Source of the DNA: Gammaproteobacteria bacterium | GTDB taxonomy: Bacteria > Pseudomonadota > Gammaproteobacteria > Eutrophobiales > Eutrophobiaceae | DNA: 64,000 bases | NCBI GenBank assembly: GCA_965243205.1 | Contig: CBDEUK010000001.1 | Span: 96,001-160,000, forward strand | Reading direction: 5' to 3' | Part shown: positions 9,968 through 19,807 of the stretch, one piece after another | How positions within the stretch are numbered: the stretch's first letter is position 1 | Layout: every line of letters begins with the position of its first letter | Position numbers and translations under genes: made by a program | Notes under the pieces: generated by a model | Told to the model about the DNA's origin: nothing | What the model saw: only the letters and a program-made list of their open reading frames with translations | Database searches by the model: none

Positions 9968-11085
9968 TAATCGCTTAATTTTCTATATGTATTGAGTATC
10001 ACTTCTATTACTCGATCTTGATCAGAGAATGTCATTTCATGATAAGAAGGTAAATTTATTGCTCTTTCTGGAATTGAATAGGCATTATAATTTGAAGAAA
10101 CTTCATCGAACATATCTAAGCTGCTTAAAGGCCAGAAAAAAACTCTTGCATCGATATTTTCTTTACCAAAATTTGATTGTAACTCTTCTCTCGTTATACC
10201 TATTTCATCATCGAAAACAACTGTAGGCATCCAAACACCATTTTGTGTTCCAGCCTTCTCTGGATTCATCGAAAGACCTTTTACTTCACCTAAATGTTTT
10301 TGATAATAATGAAATATCTCTCTCTTTTTACATATCAATTCATCGATACGCTCTAATTGCGCGCAACCTATTGCTGCTTGTATGTTTGACATTTTATATT
10401 TAAACCCTACTTTATCAGGCCAAAATTGTTTTTTTTGGCTACGTGCTCGTCCGTGATTTGAAAGGGTTAAAGCTGTTTCATAAAGCTGGGAGTTACTGGT
10501 TACAAATATACCTCCCTCACCAGTTGTTAATGTCTTAGTTCCATGAAAAGAAAATGTACCAAATTCTCCAATCGAACCTGCACGTTTTCCATGATAAATC
10601 GAACCAATAGCCTCTGCTGAGTCTTCAATTATCGGAATACCATACTTATTACCAATTGAATTTAACTCAGCCATTTCACATAAATTTCCATATAAATGTA
10701 CCGCAATAATAGCTTTGGTTTTAGGTGTAATAGCTTTTTCAACTAATTCAGGATTAATACACCAGCTATCTTCTAAAATATCAACAAATACTGGTGTTGC
10801 ATTAAGATAAGTAATTGGTGCAGCCGTTGCAATCCAATTGGTGTCTGCCAAAATGATTTCATCTCCTGCTCCTATACCAAGCGATGCTAATCCAAGATGT
10901 AATGCACCAGTACAACTTGAAGTAGCAATAGCATATTCAACATCTAGATGTTCTTTAAAATTTTTCTCAAACCGATTGATATAATCATAACAATGCTTTC
11001 CCCAACCATTAGTTGTAGCATCAACGGCATATTCAACCTCTTTTTCTGAAATAGAAGGCTTTGTGTAAAATATTTTTGATTTCAC
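9967..11085 (-). CDS. DegT/DnrJ family aminotransferase (perosamine synthetase-like)
   Basis: SSCTGALHL, EDSAEA, SFHGTK (PLP Lys) and TTGEGG motifs. Confidence 0.85.
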   Translation of the reverse strand: MKSKIFYTKPSISEKEVEYAVDATTNGWGKHCYDYINRFEKNFKEHLDVEYAIATSSCTGALHLGLASLGIGAGDEIILADTNWIATAAPITYLNATPVFVDILEDSWCINPELVEKAITPKTKAIIAVHLYGNLCEMAELNSIGNKYGIPIIEDSAEAIGSIYHGKRAGSIGEFGTFSFHGTKTLTTGEGGIFVTSNSQLYETALTLSNHGRARSQKKQFWPDKVGFKYKMSNIQAAIGCAQLERIDELICKKREIFHYYQKHLGEVKGLSMNPEKAGTQNGVWMPTVVFDDEIGITREELQSNFGKENIDARVFFWPLSSLDMFDEVSSNYNAYSIPERAINLPSYHEMTFSDQDRVIEVILNTYRKLSD

Positions 11086-11169
11086 TTATGAAGGAAGAAA
11101 TTATTTAATTTTTTTAATGCAAAGTTTTTGGATAAAAACTTTAAAATTAGCCTGAATATATAATTATTT

Positions 11170-11943
11170 TTATTCCAATACAGCGTATGAAATAGAGGGA
11201 GTAGTTGGGAATCTTTTAATTTTTAAATTGGATATTCCTATCTCTTCTAAGACCGCAGTTGTTTCACCAGGCCATTGTTTTTGATTAAGTTCATCAAAAG
11301 CAATCACCCCACCCTTTGGAATTCGAGGATATAAATATTTCAAAGCAGCTTTGGTTGGTTCATATAGATCAAAATCTAAATATAGTAATGAAATTACAAG
11401 GTGTGGATTCTCTTCTACATAAGCTTTAATTGTTTGAACAGCATCACCTTCAACTAGTTCTAACTTAGGTATATGACCAATAGCTCTATTTAAATCATGT
11501 ATTTCAGCACAATTTAATAATTCCTGTTTGCCATTAAAAGAGTATGCCCCTTTATATTTATGCTCTTTATCAGCTTCTACCGAAGATTTATCGTTTTCAG
11601 CTAACGAAGGAAAACCTTCAAATGAATCAAAACCAATAATCTTTCGACCATGATTCACTGGTTCATAAATTGAACTCAATTGAAACCAAGTAAAAATTCC
11701 GCCACCTGTAAAAACACCACACTCTACAATGCTCCCATGTACTGGTAGGATTTCTTTAAATATTTCATGTTTTGCAATAAATTGACTTAAACTTTGTCTT
11801 GATACAAACCTTGGAAAAATATTTAACTTATCATTCACTGTACCAGATGCAGTATTGAAATGTTCTTCAATAGACTGCCTAAATTCCTGATCTAAATTCG
11901 TTTGAGTTGATTGGTTTTTTAAGGAAAATTTTTCAGTTTTCAT
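11170..11943 (-). CDS. TylF/MycF-family sugar O-methyltransferase
   Basis: GSIVECGV, GFDSFEGFP, LYLDFDLYEPT and GGVIAFDE motifs. Confidence 0.85.
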   Translation of the reverse strand: MKTEKFSLKNQSTQTNLDQEFRQSIEEHFNTASGTVNDKLNIFPRFVSRQSLSQFIAKHEIFKEILPVHGSIVECGVFTGGGIFTWFQLSSIYEPVNHGRKIIGFDSFEGFPSLAENDKSSVEADKEHKYKGAYSFNGKQELLNCAEIHDLNRAIGHIPKLELVEGDAVQTIKAYVEENPHLVISLLYLDFDLYEPTKAALKYLYPRIPKGGVIAFDELNQKQWPGETTAVLEEIGISNLKIKRFPTTPSISYAVLE

Positions 11944-12817
11944 TTTTTATACACTCAGGGTGAATATCTTCAAATTGACTCCCTTCTATCATGCCTCCAG
12001 GCCAGCCTTTTTCAACAGCAGTTTTATTTTGAAAATTTGCATACCTTAATTGTGTTGACCATCTAACATCCCCTTTACTCATTGGGACACTTTTATGAAG
12101 CAACAATGTATTAAAAACTAAAACATCTGTTAAATTAACTTCTACAGTATAAGCATCATAGTCATCAAATTTATCAGAGCCTATAATTTCAATCGTATGC
12201 GCCCCATTCTTATTTTTATTCTCAGGGTCAATTAATCTAACATCACAAATGCCGTTTTTATGGCTTTCAGGAATAATTTTAACTCCACCAAACCCTTCTT
12301 TCATTTCCATTAAAGGCATCCATAAAACTACTCCATCAGGAGAGCCTTGAATATAAGGATAATCTTGATGCCAACCAAATAAATATTTTTCTTCTCCTTT
12401 AATATCTATTCGAATAGGGATATAAGGTAATAAATTTACAAATTCAGTCTCCATCAAAAAACCAGCAAAATTTAGATTTTTTGTCTTTGATAGTAGTTGA
12501 AATAAAGATGGCAAATGTCTTGTAGCCCTATAAATTTCACCCGCTTTTGAACGATCAATTTTACAAAGTTCAATAAAGTTTTCCGAATGAATTCTATCGT
12601 CAGCATCATTTTTGTATTGTTTAAAATTAGATTCTTCTAACTTTAGTCTGATTAAATTATTTACTTCTCTAAAAACAGGTTTTAAATCTTTATCTAAATC
12701 AAAAAAATTTCTTATTAAAACCCATCCTTTTGATTGATAATGTTCTTTACAATCATTAGACATGCATTGCGTAACATCATAAATTCCATAATCATCTTTA
12801 TATTTTGTTACAGGCAT
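11933..12817 (-). CDS. Phytanoyl-CoA dioxygenase family 2OG-Fe(II) hydroxylase
   Basis: WHQDY (HxD), LWMPL, IPESH, LLHKS and RWS..LRY motifs. Confidence 0.85.
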   Translation of the reverse strand: MPVTKYKDDYGIYDVTQCMSNDCKEHYQSKGWVLIRNFFDLDKDLKPVFREVNNLIRLKLEESNFKQYKNDADDRIHSENFIELCKIDRSKAGEIYRATRHLPSLFQLLSKTKNLNFAGFLMETEFVNLLPYIPIRIDIKGEEKYLFGWHQDYPYIQGSPDGVVLWMPLMEMKEGFGGVKIIPESHKNGICDVRLIDPENKNKNGAHTIEIIGSDKFDDYDAYTVEVNLTDVLVFNTLLLHKSVPMSKGDVRWSTQLRYANFQNKTAVEKGWPGGMIEGSQFEDIHPECIKNEN

Positions 12818-12833
12818 TTCTGTATTATTCCAG

Positions 12834-13601
12834 TTATTTTTTTATGAAAAAACCGCCAGGAGTTGAAGTCCATGGAAACTTATTAAGTACAGGCATTTCA
12901 TCTTTAAAATAATCCTCAAAAGCAGAACTCTCACCACCCCACTCTGTCATTGCATATTCATCTAAAACAACTAATCCTCCAGGCACAACTCTAGGATATA
13001 AGTTTTCTAATGCAGCTAAATTTGGCTCATATATATCAACATCTAAATGCAATAATGAAATTCTAAGTCCAGGGTGCTGTTCAACATATTTTGGAACCGT
13101 TTCCAAGATATTACCTTCAACTATTTGAACTCGCTTAGCTTGAGGAACAAACATATCAGAATGATAAATATCAACAAACTCATAAAATGCGTCTTTGAAT
13201 TCTCCAGCACTCCAACCGCCTACAACTTTAGAACGGTTTTCATACATCGGGCCATCCTTGTCATTAAAATCTTGTAAGCCTTGAAAACTATCAAAACCGA
13301 TTACATTCCTTATCCTATCCCCTGGATGAAAAATTTCTAAAAACTTGGCAAATGCAAATAAACTATTACCTTGATAAACACCACATTCCACAATACAACC
13401 GGGTATATCTTGGATCATCTTATAAAGTTCATAATGAGCTAAAAAACGAGTAATATTTATTCTTCGAGCATATATAGCAAATGACTCCAAAACATCCTTC
13501 ATAGGAATATTTTCTTTTTCAATTACATCGACAATATTTTGCATCACATCCATGCCAGCTTGATTTTGTCCACCGTACATTTCTGATCTTTTTTTATCCA
13601 T
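12834..13601 (-). CDS. TylF/MycF-family sugar O-methyltransferase (second paralogue)
   Basis: GCIVECGV, GFDSFQG, LHLDVDIYEP and GGLVVLDEY motifs. Confidence 0.85.
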   Translation of the reverse strand: MDKKRSEMYGGQNQAGMDVMQNIVDVIEKENIPMKDVLESFAIYARRINITRFLAHYELYKMIQDIPGCIVECGVYQGNSLFAFAKFLEIFHPGDRIRNVIGFDSFQGLQDFNDKDGPMYENRSKVVGGWSAGEFKDAFYEFVDIYHSDMFVPQAKRVQIVEGNILETVPKYVEQHPGLRISLLHLDVDIYEPNLAALENLYPRVVPGGLVVLDEYAMTEWGGESSAFEDYFKDEMPVLNKFPWTSTPGGFFIKK

Positions 13602-13648
13602 AGCCTTTACCTTAGTTTTAATTTCTTAATATTGAAAAAACACATTAT

Positions 13649-14869
13649 TTATACTATCTCCAGTTGAGGTATAGTTACCACAAAATACCCACCCCAGTCA
13701 CGAATATAATCCAATTGTTCAGTTAACTCTGTTTTTAAATTCCAGGGTAAAATAACCACATAGTTAGGCTTGTCATTTTTAAGTCTAGCACCCTCTACTA
13801 TAGGTATGTGGCTACCAGGCATAAACTTACCTTGTTTAACTGCATTATTATCAACAATATATGATATTAAATCAGATTTAACGCCTAAATAATTTAATAA
13901 GGTATTACCTTTAGCAGCGGCACCATATGCAACAATCTTTTTTCCTTTTCTATTTTGTTCTAATAAAAAACTTAAAAAATCATTTTTAATTTTATTTACC
14001 CGATTTTGAAAATTAGTATAAGTAGAAAGTTCTCTACACCTTTCTTTTTCTTCTTGGTCAATAATTTCATATACAATTTCATTAACACTTCTACTATCAT
14101 CTACATGACATCCATATATTCTCAGGCTACCACCATGGGTAGGAAGCTTTTCAACATCAAAAATCTTCAAACCAGATTCTGTAAAAATTTTATTTACAGT
14201 ATAAAGAGATAAATATGAAAAATGTTCATGATATATAGTATCAAATTGACTGAGATTTATAAGATTCAGTAGATGTGGAAATTCTAATGTTACTACGCCA
14301 TCATCTTTGAGCATAGCCTTGAGGCCATTAGTAAAATTATTGATATCAGGCACATGAGCATATACATTGTTACCAATGATTAAATCTGCTTTTTTTTGTT
14401 TCGATAATTGTAATGCCAGATCATGACTAAAAAATTCACGAATTACTGAGACACCGAGTTTCTCAGCAGCATCAGCAGTACTATTAGTTGGTTCTATACC
14501 TACACAAGGAATTTCCAATTCCACAAAATTCTTTAGTAGATACCCATCATTTGAAGCAATCTCTATAACATAACTATCTTTATTAAGCTTCAATTTTTGT
14601 TTAATCATATAGACATAGTTTTTTGCATGTTCAAGCCAACTTTTTGAAATAGAAGAAAAATAAGCATAATCTGAAGAAAAAAGTTCTTCAGCATCAGAGT
14701 AGTCAATTGTTTGTACTAACCAACAACTTTCACATACATAAGTTTTAAGAGGGTACGTTGTTTCAGGTTTATTTAAATCTTCTAAATTTAAATACGCATT
14801 TGAAGGTGGAGCAAAACCTAAATCTAAAAAAACATGTTTAAGATTATTCTTACAATGACGACACTTCAT
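13649..14869 (-). CDS. NDP-hexose C-methyltransferase (TylC3/NovU type, Zn-finger plus SAM domain)
   Basis: CRHC...CESC Zn motif, EIASNDG, IYHEHFSY, YGAAAKG and ILPWN motifs. Confidence 0.88.
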   Translation of the reverse strand: MKCRHCKNNLKHVFLDLGFAPPSNAYLNLEDLNKPETTYPLKTYVCESCWLVQTIDYSDAEELFSSDYAYFSSISKSWLEHAKNYVYMIKQKLKLNKDSYVIEIASNDGYLLKNFVELEIPCVGIEPTNSTADAAEKLGVSVIREFFSHDLALQLSKQKKADLIIGNNVYAHVPDINNFTNGLKAMLKDDGVVTLEFPHLLNLINLSQFDTIYHEHFSYLSLYTVNKIFTESGLKIFDVEKLPTHGGSLRIYGCHVDDSRSVNEIVYEIIDQEEKERCRELSTYTNFQNRVNKIKNDFLSFLLEQNRKGKKIVAYGAAAKGNTLLNYLGVKSDLISYIVDNNAVKQGKFMPGSHIPIVEGARLKNDKPNYVVILPWNLKTELTEQLDYIRDWGGYFVVTIPQLEIV

Positions 14870-15423
14870 ATCATAATCCCAGAAAACTCAGATTGAATTA
14901 AGGGATGATTCAAATCACGTTCAGATATATCTGTTACAGGCAAAGGCCAAGTTATGTTGAGTATTGGATCATTGAATCTAAACCCTGCCTCATGTTCTGG
15001 GTTATAGTATTCAGTATGACAATAATATAACTCAGAATTTTCTTCTAACACTTGAAAGCCATGAGCACATCCTTCAGGAACAACCATCATTTTATAATTT
15101 TCTTTTGAAATTTCCTCAGCATGCCACTTCAAAAACGTTGGAGAATCTTTACGCAAATCAACAGCGACATCCCATACTTTACCTTTAATACATCTAATTA
15201 ATTTCATCTCAGAATAAGGAGGGTATTGTAAATGTAAGCCTCTAATAGAACCAATTGAATGAGTGAGTGAGTAATTCATTTGTACAATCTGTTTTTTTGC
15301 TAAAATATTATCTAATTCATTTTTGCAAATTAATCGGCTAAAACTTCCACGCTCATCAGAACGCACACTACTTTCAATTATCGATACACCATCAATTACA
15401 GTATTAGTAATTTTCAATGTCAT
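14866..15423 (-). CDS. rfbC: NDP-4-keto-6-deoxyhexose 3,5-epimerase (RmlC family)
   Basis: DERG, IRGLH, DVAVDLR..SPTF and GCAHGF motifs. Confidence 0.85.
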   Translation of the reverse strand: MTLKITNTVIDGVSIIESSVRSDERGSFSRLICKNELDNILAKKQIVQMNYSLTHSIGSIRGLHLQYPPYSEMKLIRCIKGKVWDVAVDLRKDSPTFLKWHAEEISKENYKMMVVPEGCAHGFQVLEENSELYYCHTEYYNPEHEAGFRFNDPILNITWPLPVTDISERDLNHPLIQSEFSGIMI

Positions 15424-15436
15424 ATCGATATATTTT

Positions 15437-16525
15437 CTAAACTAATAGATTTGAATAATACGTTAATTGTTCTTCACTAATAATTTTGTTATTAGTTTTA
15501 AATGTTTTATACCATTCTGCAGTTAGTTTCACAGTTTCTGAAAATTCAAGAATGGGTTTCCATCCAAGTATTTCCCTTGATTTAGTTGAATCTAAATGGA
15601 GTAATTGGGCTTCATGAGGTTGATTGCTTTCATTAGATTGCCATTCTATTTCAGGCCAATACTTTTTAAACTCTGTTAAAACAGAAGATACTGTTTTATT
15701 TGAATTTTTATTTGGCCCAAAATTCCATGCTGCAGCAAATTCATTTTTTCCTTGTAATAGTTTCTCACCAAGTTGGAGATATCCATTCAGAGATTCTAAA
15801 ACATGTTGCCATGGCCGCGTCGCATTAGGATATCGAATATTTAAAGTTTGATTTTCTCTATTAGATTTTACAAGGTCAGGTATAAGCCTATCTTCAGACC
15901 AATCACCTCCACCTATAACATTACCCGCACGTGCAGAAGCAACTAAAGCGGAGTTATTATCTGAGTAAAATGATTTTCTATAACTGGCAGCAACCAGTTC
16001 GGTGGCTGCTTTTGATGCACTATATGGATCATGTCCCCCTAAAGGGTCAGTTTCTACATAAGCTGTTTCTTGCTCATAATTTTCATAGCATTTATCTGAT
16101 GTAATAATAATTATAGCTTTTAGATCTAATAATTCTCTAGAGACATCAAGCAAATTAGCTGAACCTATAACATTAGTAGTCCAAGTTAATAAAGGATTAT
16201 TATATGAGCGTCTAACTAAAGGTTGTGCAGCAAGATGAAAAATAATTTCAGGAGAAAACTTTTGAATTATAGTTCCTAACTTATCTTTATCCCGAATATC
16301 TTGATAGTGATTTTCTATATTAAGATCTAATAATTGCCAATGATTTGGATATACTTCAGGAGGTAATGAAATACCGCAAACATTTGCTCCTAATTTTTTT
16401 AACCATAATGATAACCAACTTCCTTTAAAGCCACTATGTCCTGTGACCAAAACTCGTTTATCTTTATAAATATTTGAAAATAATTTTATTTCCAAACCCT
16501 CCATGGAGCTTCGCCTGAACTCCAT
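15437..16525 (-). CDS. rfbG: CDP-glucose 4,6-dehydratase
   Basis: [35 protein letters not shown] and RPWQHVLE motifs; true start may be slightly downstream. Confidence 0.93.
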   Translation of the reverse strand: MEFRRSSMEGLEIKLFSNIYKDKRVLVTGHSGFKGSWLSLWLKKLGANVCGISLPPEVYPNHWQLLDLNIENHYQDIRDKDKLGTIIQKFSPEIIFHLAAQPLVRRSYNNPLLTWTTNVIGSANLLDVSRELLDLKAIIIITSDKCYENYEQETAYVETDPLGGHDPYSASKAATELVAASYRKSFYSDNNSALVASARAGNVIGGGDWSEDRLIPDLVKSNRENQTLNIRYPNATRPWQHVLESLNGYLQLGEKLLQGKNEFAAAWNFGPNKNSNKTVSSVLTEFKKYWPEIEWQSNESNQPHEAQLLHLDSTKSREILGWKPILEFSETVKLTAEWYKTFKTNNKIISEEQLTYYSNLLV

Positions 16526-17256
16526 AATTCATCTAAGGTAATTTTATCTCGCAGTGTATCCATCGGCTTCCAAAACCCTTTATGGATATACGATGATAAT
16601 TCACCATTTTGAGCAAGTCTTTCTAATGGCTCTCGTTCCCAAACTGTATCATCACCATCAATATAGTTAAGCGCTTCAGGTTTTAATACAAAAAAACCGC
16701 CACTGATCCATGAGCCATCTCCTTTAGGTTTTTCCTCAAATGTTTCGATCTTATTATCCTTAATATTAAGAGAACCAAAACGACCTGGAGGCTGAACAGC
16801 TGTAACCGTTGCTTTGGTGTTTTGTTTTTTATGAAATTGGATTAGTTCCGCAATATTGATATCGCTAACTCCATCTCCATAAGTAAAACAAAAATCCTCT
16901 TCATCGATGTATTCGGCAACACGTTTTAATCGGCCTCCAGTCATCGTATTCTCACCCGTATCAACTAACGTAACTTTCCAAGGCTCAGCATTTTGATGAT
17001 GTACTTGCATATTATTATTTGTCATATCAAAAGTTACATCTGACATATGTAAAAAATAATTCGCGAAATATTCTTTTATTACATAACCTTTATAACCACA
17101 ACATATAATAAATTCGTTAACATCATAGGACGAATACATTTTCATAATATGCCAGAGAACTGGTTTACCACCTATTTCAATCATTGGTTTAGGCTTAAGA
17201 TGAGATTCTTCAGAAATTCGTGTTCCTAAACCCCCAGCTAAAATTATTGCTTTCAT
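16486..17256 (-). CDS. rfbF: Glucose-1-phosphate cytidylyltransferase
   Basis: [25 protein letters not shown] and [10 protein letters not shown] motifs. Confidence 0.95.
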   Translation of the reverse strand: MKAIILAGGLGTRISEESHLKPKPMIEIGGKPVLWHIMKMYSSYDVNEFIICCGYKGYVIKEYFANYFLHMSDVTFDMTNNNMQVHHQNAEPWKVTLVDTGENTMTGGRLKRVAEYIDEEDFCFTYGDGVSDINIAELIQFHKKQNTKATVTAVQPPGRFGSLNIKDNKIETFEEKPKGDGSWISGGFFVLKPEALNYIDGDDTVWEREPLERLAQNGELSSYIHKGFWKPMDTLRDKITLDELWSSGEAPWRVWK

Positions 17257-17301
17257 AAGTAGCTCACGTTTAGAATTTCATAAAATAATATTTATTAATT
17301 A

Positions 17302-19062
17302 TCATTGCTTTGTATCTAATATCTCTTCAGGCTGTCCTTGACTTATTATTTTACCTTGTTCGATCTTATATAAATAATCGCAGTCCCTAACAGTAGAAAG
17401 CCTATGAGCAACAATAATTACTGTTTTCTTTCCATGTAATTTACTTACAGAGTTCATGACTTCTGTTTCGGTATTAGTATCTAATGAACTTGTCGCCTCA
17501 TCTAACACTAATACGTCTGGATCATGATATAACGCTCTAGCAATACCAATCCTCTGTCTTTGTCCACCTGATAACTTAATACCTCTTTCTCCAACAATAG
17601 CATCTATCCCATCAGCACAATTATTTATAAAATCTTCTAACTGAGCAGACTCTGCAGCCTTAACTACTTTATTATTATCAATTTCTAAATCAGGTATTCC
17701 CAAAGCAATGTTCTGTCGAAGAGTATCATCAGTTAAATAGATAGTTTGTGGAACATATCCTATTAATTTCTGCCATCCTCTTGCATTAGATACCACATCA
17801 ATACCATCTACTTCCAATTTTCCACTGTCTGCCTCTAATAACCCTAGAATTATATCAATTAATGTACTCTTTCCAGCACCGCTTGCTCCTATGATTCCAA
17901 CAGTTAATCCATTTGGAATTGTCATCGAAATATTATCTAGAGAAAGTCTATCCGTGTTGGGATATGAATAACTGATATTATTAAGAGAAATTTCTTTTTT
18001 AAAAAGAAATTTCTCTTCGGTGGTTAAAGTCTTTTGAGGTTCTCTTATTTCCTTAAGTTCAGTATGTATCGTGTTAATAACAGGAAGTGAATAACGGAGG
18101 CTTTGATATGCATTTAGTAATCTATTAACAGAGGGCATCATTCTAAATGCTGCTGCTGCAAACACACCTAAAACGGGTATTAATGAATCTAATGGCTTAC
18201 TTTTTTCTACCATAAAGATAACTAGCACCAATAAACTTAATATTGCTAATAACTCTAATAAAAATCTAGGTAATGCCATAAATGTTGATTGCATTTTACT
18301 TACATAAGCAGAACCTGAGTTGTGTATTTCATATCGACGAAGAAATTCCTGTTCTCGACCTAGTATTTTGATATCTTTTATACCACCAAGGCCTTGTTGT
18401 AAGTGTTGAAATCGTAACCCTTCATGAGACTGCCTTGCTTCACCCCAATGTAATATATATCCTCGAACAAAACTATAATAACTAAGACCAGCAATTCCAA
18501 ACAATATCATTACCAATAGAGCTCCGATAGGTTCTACGAGAAGTAATAATGTTAATATTCCTATATATACTAGCACCTCAGTAATAATAATTAGTATTGA
18601 TTGTATAACAGTACTTAACATACCAACTTCACTAACAATATTTCGTATTAATTCAGCAGAGTTTTTTTGTAAATGAAATGTATAAGGCTGATAGAGATAC
18701 CCTTTGAACAATCTATGCGAAAAGTTTGCTTGAACTCCAAATGTATATTTAGCTTGTTGCCAAGTTAAAAAACTTAAAAAGATAGATTTTAAAGTATATA
18801 CCATTGCTAGTATTAACATTGTATATATGACTAATTCGTGTTGAGAAGGGCTACCAACAAATTCTAAATATTCTTTTAGGTCTGGGTAACTAAAATAGAG
18901 ATCTTTATTCGTCACTGTTGTTAAAACAGGAATTATTAAACCAATACCTAGCATCTCAAACAACATTCCACATAACATCAAAAGCATTAAAATGATCGCG
19001 CTTTTGCGTTGAGGCTTACTTAAAGTGCTCCATAACTTATGAAATAGTGTATTAGAAAACAT
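17302..19062 (-). CDS. ABC transporter, fused permease/ATPase (PglK/WlaB-like glycan flippase)
   Basis: N-terminal TM helices; GASGAGKST Walker A, LSGGQRQR signature and LVLDEATS Walker B; first gene after the ops element. Confidence 0.85.
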   Translation of the reverse strand: MFSNTLFHKLWSTLSKPQRKSAIILMLLMLCGMLFEMLGIGLIIPVLTTVTNKDLYFSYPDLKEYLEFVGSPSQHELVIYTMLILAMVYTLKSIFLSFLTWQQAKYTFGVQANFSHRLFKGYLYQPYTFHLQKNSAELIRNIVSEVGMLSTVIQSILIIITEVLVYIGILTLLLLVEPIGALLVMILFGIAGLSYYSFVRGYILHWGEARQSHEGLRFQHLQQGLGGIKDIKILGREQEFLRRYEIHNSGSAYVSKMQSTFMALPRFLLELLAILSLLVLVIFMVEKSKPLDSLIPVLGVFAAAAFRMMPSVNRLLNAYQSLRYSLPVINTIHTELKEIREPQKTLTTEEKFLFKKEISLNNISYSYPNTDRLSLDNISMTIPNGLTVGIIGASGAGKSTLIDIILGLLEADSGKLEVDGIDVVSNARGWQKLIGYVPQTIYLTDDTLRQNIALGIPDLEIDNNKVVKAAESAQLEDFINNCADGIDAIVGERGIKLSGGQRQRIGIARALYHDPDVLVLDEATSSLDTNTETEVMNSVSKLHGKKTVIIVAHRLSTVRDCDYLYKIEQGKIISQGQPEEILDTKQ

Positions 19063-19083
19063 TAAAATATATAAAAAATTAGA

Positions 19084-19094
19084 ACGCTACCGCC
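19084..19094 (-). promoter_or_regulatory. ops element (RfaH recruitment site, JUMPStart-like)
   Basis: Minus strand reads GGCGGTAGCGT about 20 nt upstream of the ABC transporter ATG, preceded by an imperfect hairpin; rfaH lies 0.7 kb upstream. Confidence 0.88.
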
Positions 19095-19145
19095 CTGCAG
19101 TGTTATAAACATAACCCCGCATAGACAATAACAAACTAATTTTCA

Positions 19146-19748
19146 CTAAATATTTAATCCTAAAAAACTTGGGATAAATACATTCTCTTGATTAACTTCT
19201 AGGCTAATTTTTTTATAAATATCTTCTGCTTGGTCCAATGCAGTTATTAAACATGCATCGAAATGTTGAGAGTTATTTATAGTTCGACAAATTGGTTTTC
19301 CGAGGTAGTTATTTTTTTTTGTTTGCTGATCAAATGTTGCCGTATGTATTAACTCATGCTCATGTAAACGTACTGATGCAATCTCTGCTAACTCGGAAAC
19401 TCCACAAAATAAAATTTTCTTATGACCTAGCTGATGGCAAATATTAAAGGTCTCATTTACGGACTGACTGGCCTTACGATAAAAGTCAAAAGAATATGAA
19501 AGGTACTGTGCTGTCAGACGACTTTTTTCAGCAAAGCCTTTTGGAGTTAGATAGTAGAGATAGCGATTTGCCGGTATATGTTGAATTTTGATCAGGCCTT
19601 TATTGGCACAACGCTTTAAGTAGGAATTGGCCAAGCCAAGTGCCACGCCAAGATTATCGGCAAGATGACGCTGAGTAACCTCTTGATTTTCTTCAATAGT
19701 TTGAAGAATCTCTAAAGTCATTGCATCTTCTTTTTCCTTAGCGTTCAT
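19146..19748 (-). CDS. EPS-associated MarR-family winged-helix transcriptional regulator
   Basis: TQRHLA..LGVALGLANSYLKRC..KG and YLYYLTPKGFAEKSRL motifs. Start placed at ATG 19748 (MNAKEKE) rather than 19778. Confidence 0.85.
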   Translation of the reverse strand: MNAKEKEDAMTLEILQTIEENQEVTQRHLADNLGVALGLANSYLKRCANKGLIKIQHIPANRYLYYLTPKGFAEKSRLTAQYLSYSFDFYRKASQSVNETFNICHQLGHKKILFCGVSELAEIASVRLHEHELIHTATFDQQTKKNNYLGKPICRTINNSQHFDACLITALDQAEDIYKKISLEVNQENVFIPSFLGLNI

Positions 19749-19787
19749 AATATGAACATTATATATCAGCATGTTCATAAAATGAAC
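19743..19787. promoter_or_regulatory. Two GTTCAT-N3-ATGAAC palindromes flanking a TATAAT -10 box: probable MarR autoregulatory operators
   Basis: GTTCATAATATGAAC at 19743-19757 and GTTCATAAAATGAAC at 19773-19787, 30 bp apart; minus-strand TATAAT at 19758-19763. Confidence 0.65.
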
Positions 19788-19807
19788 TACTATATGTAGT
19801 AGTAGAC

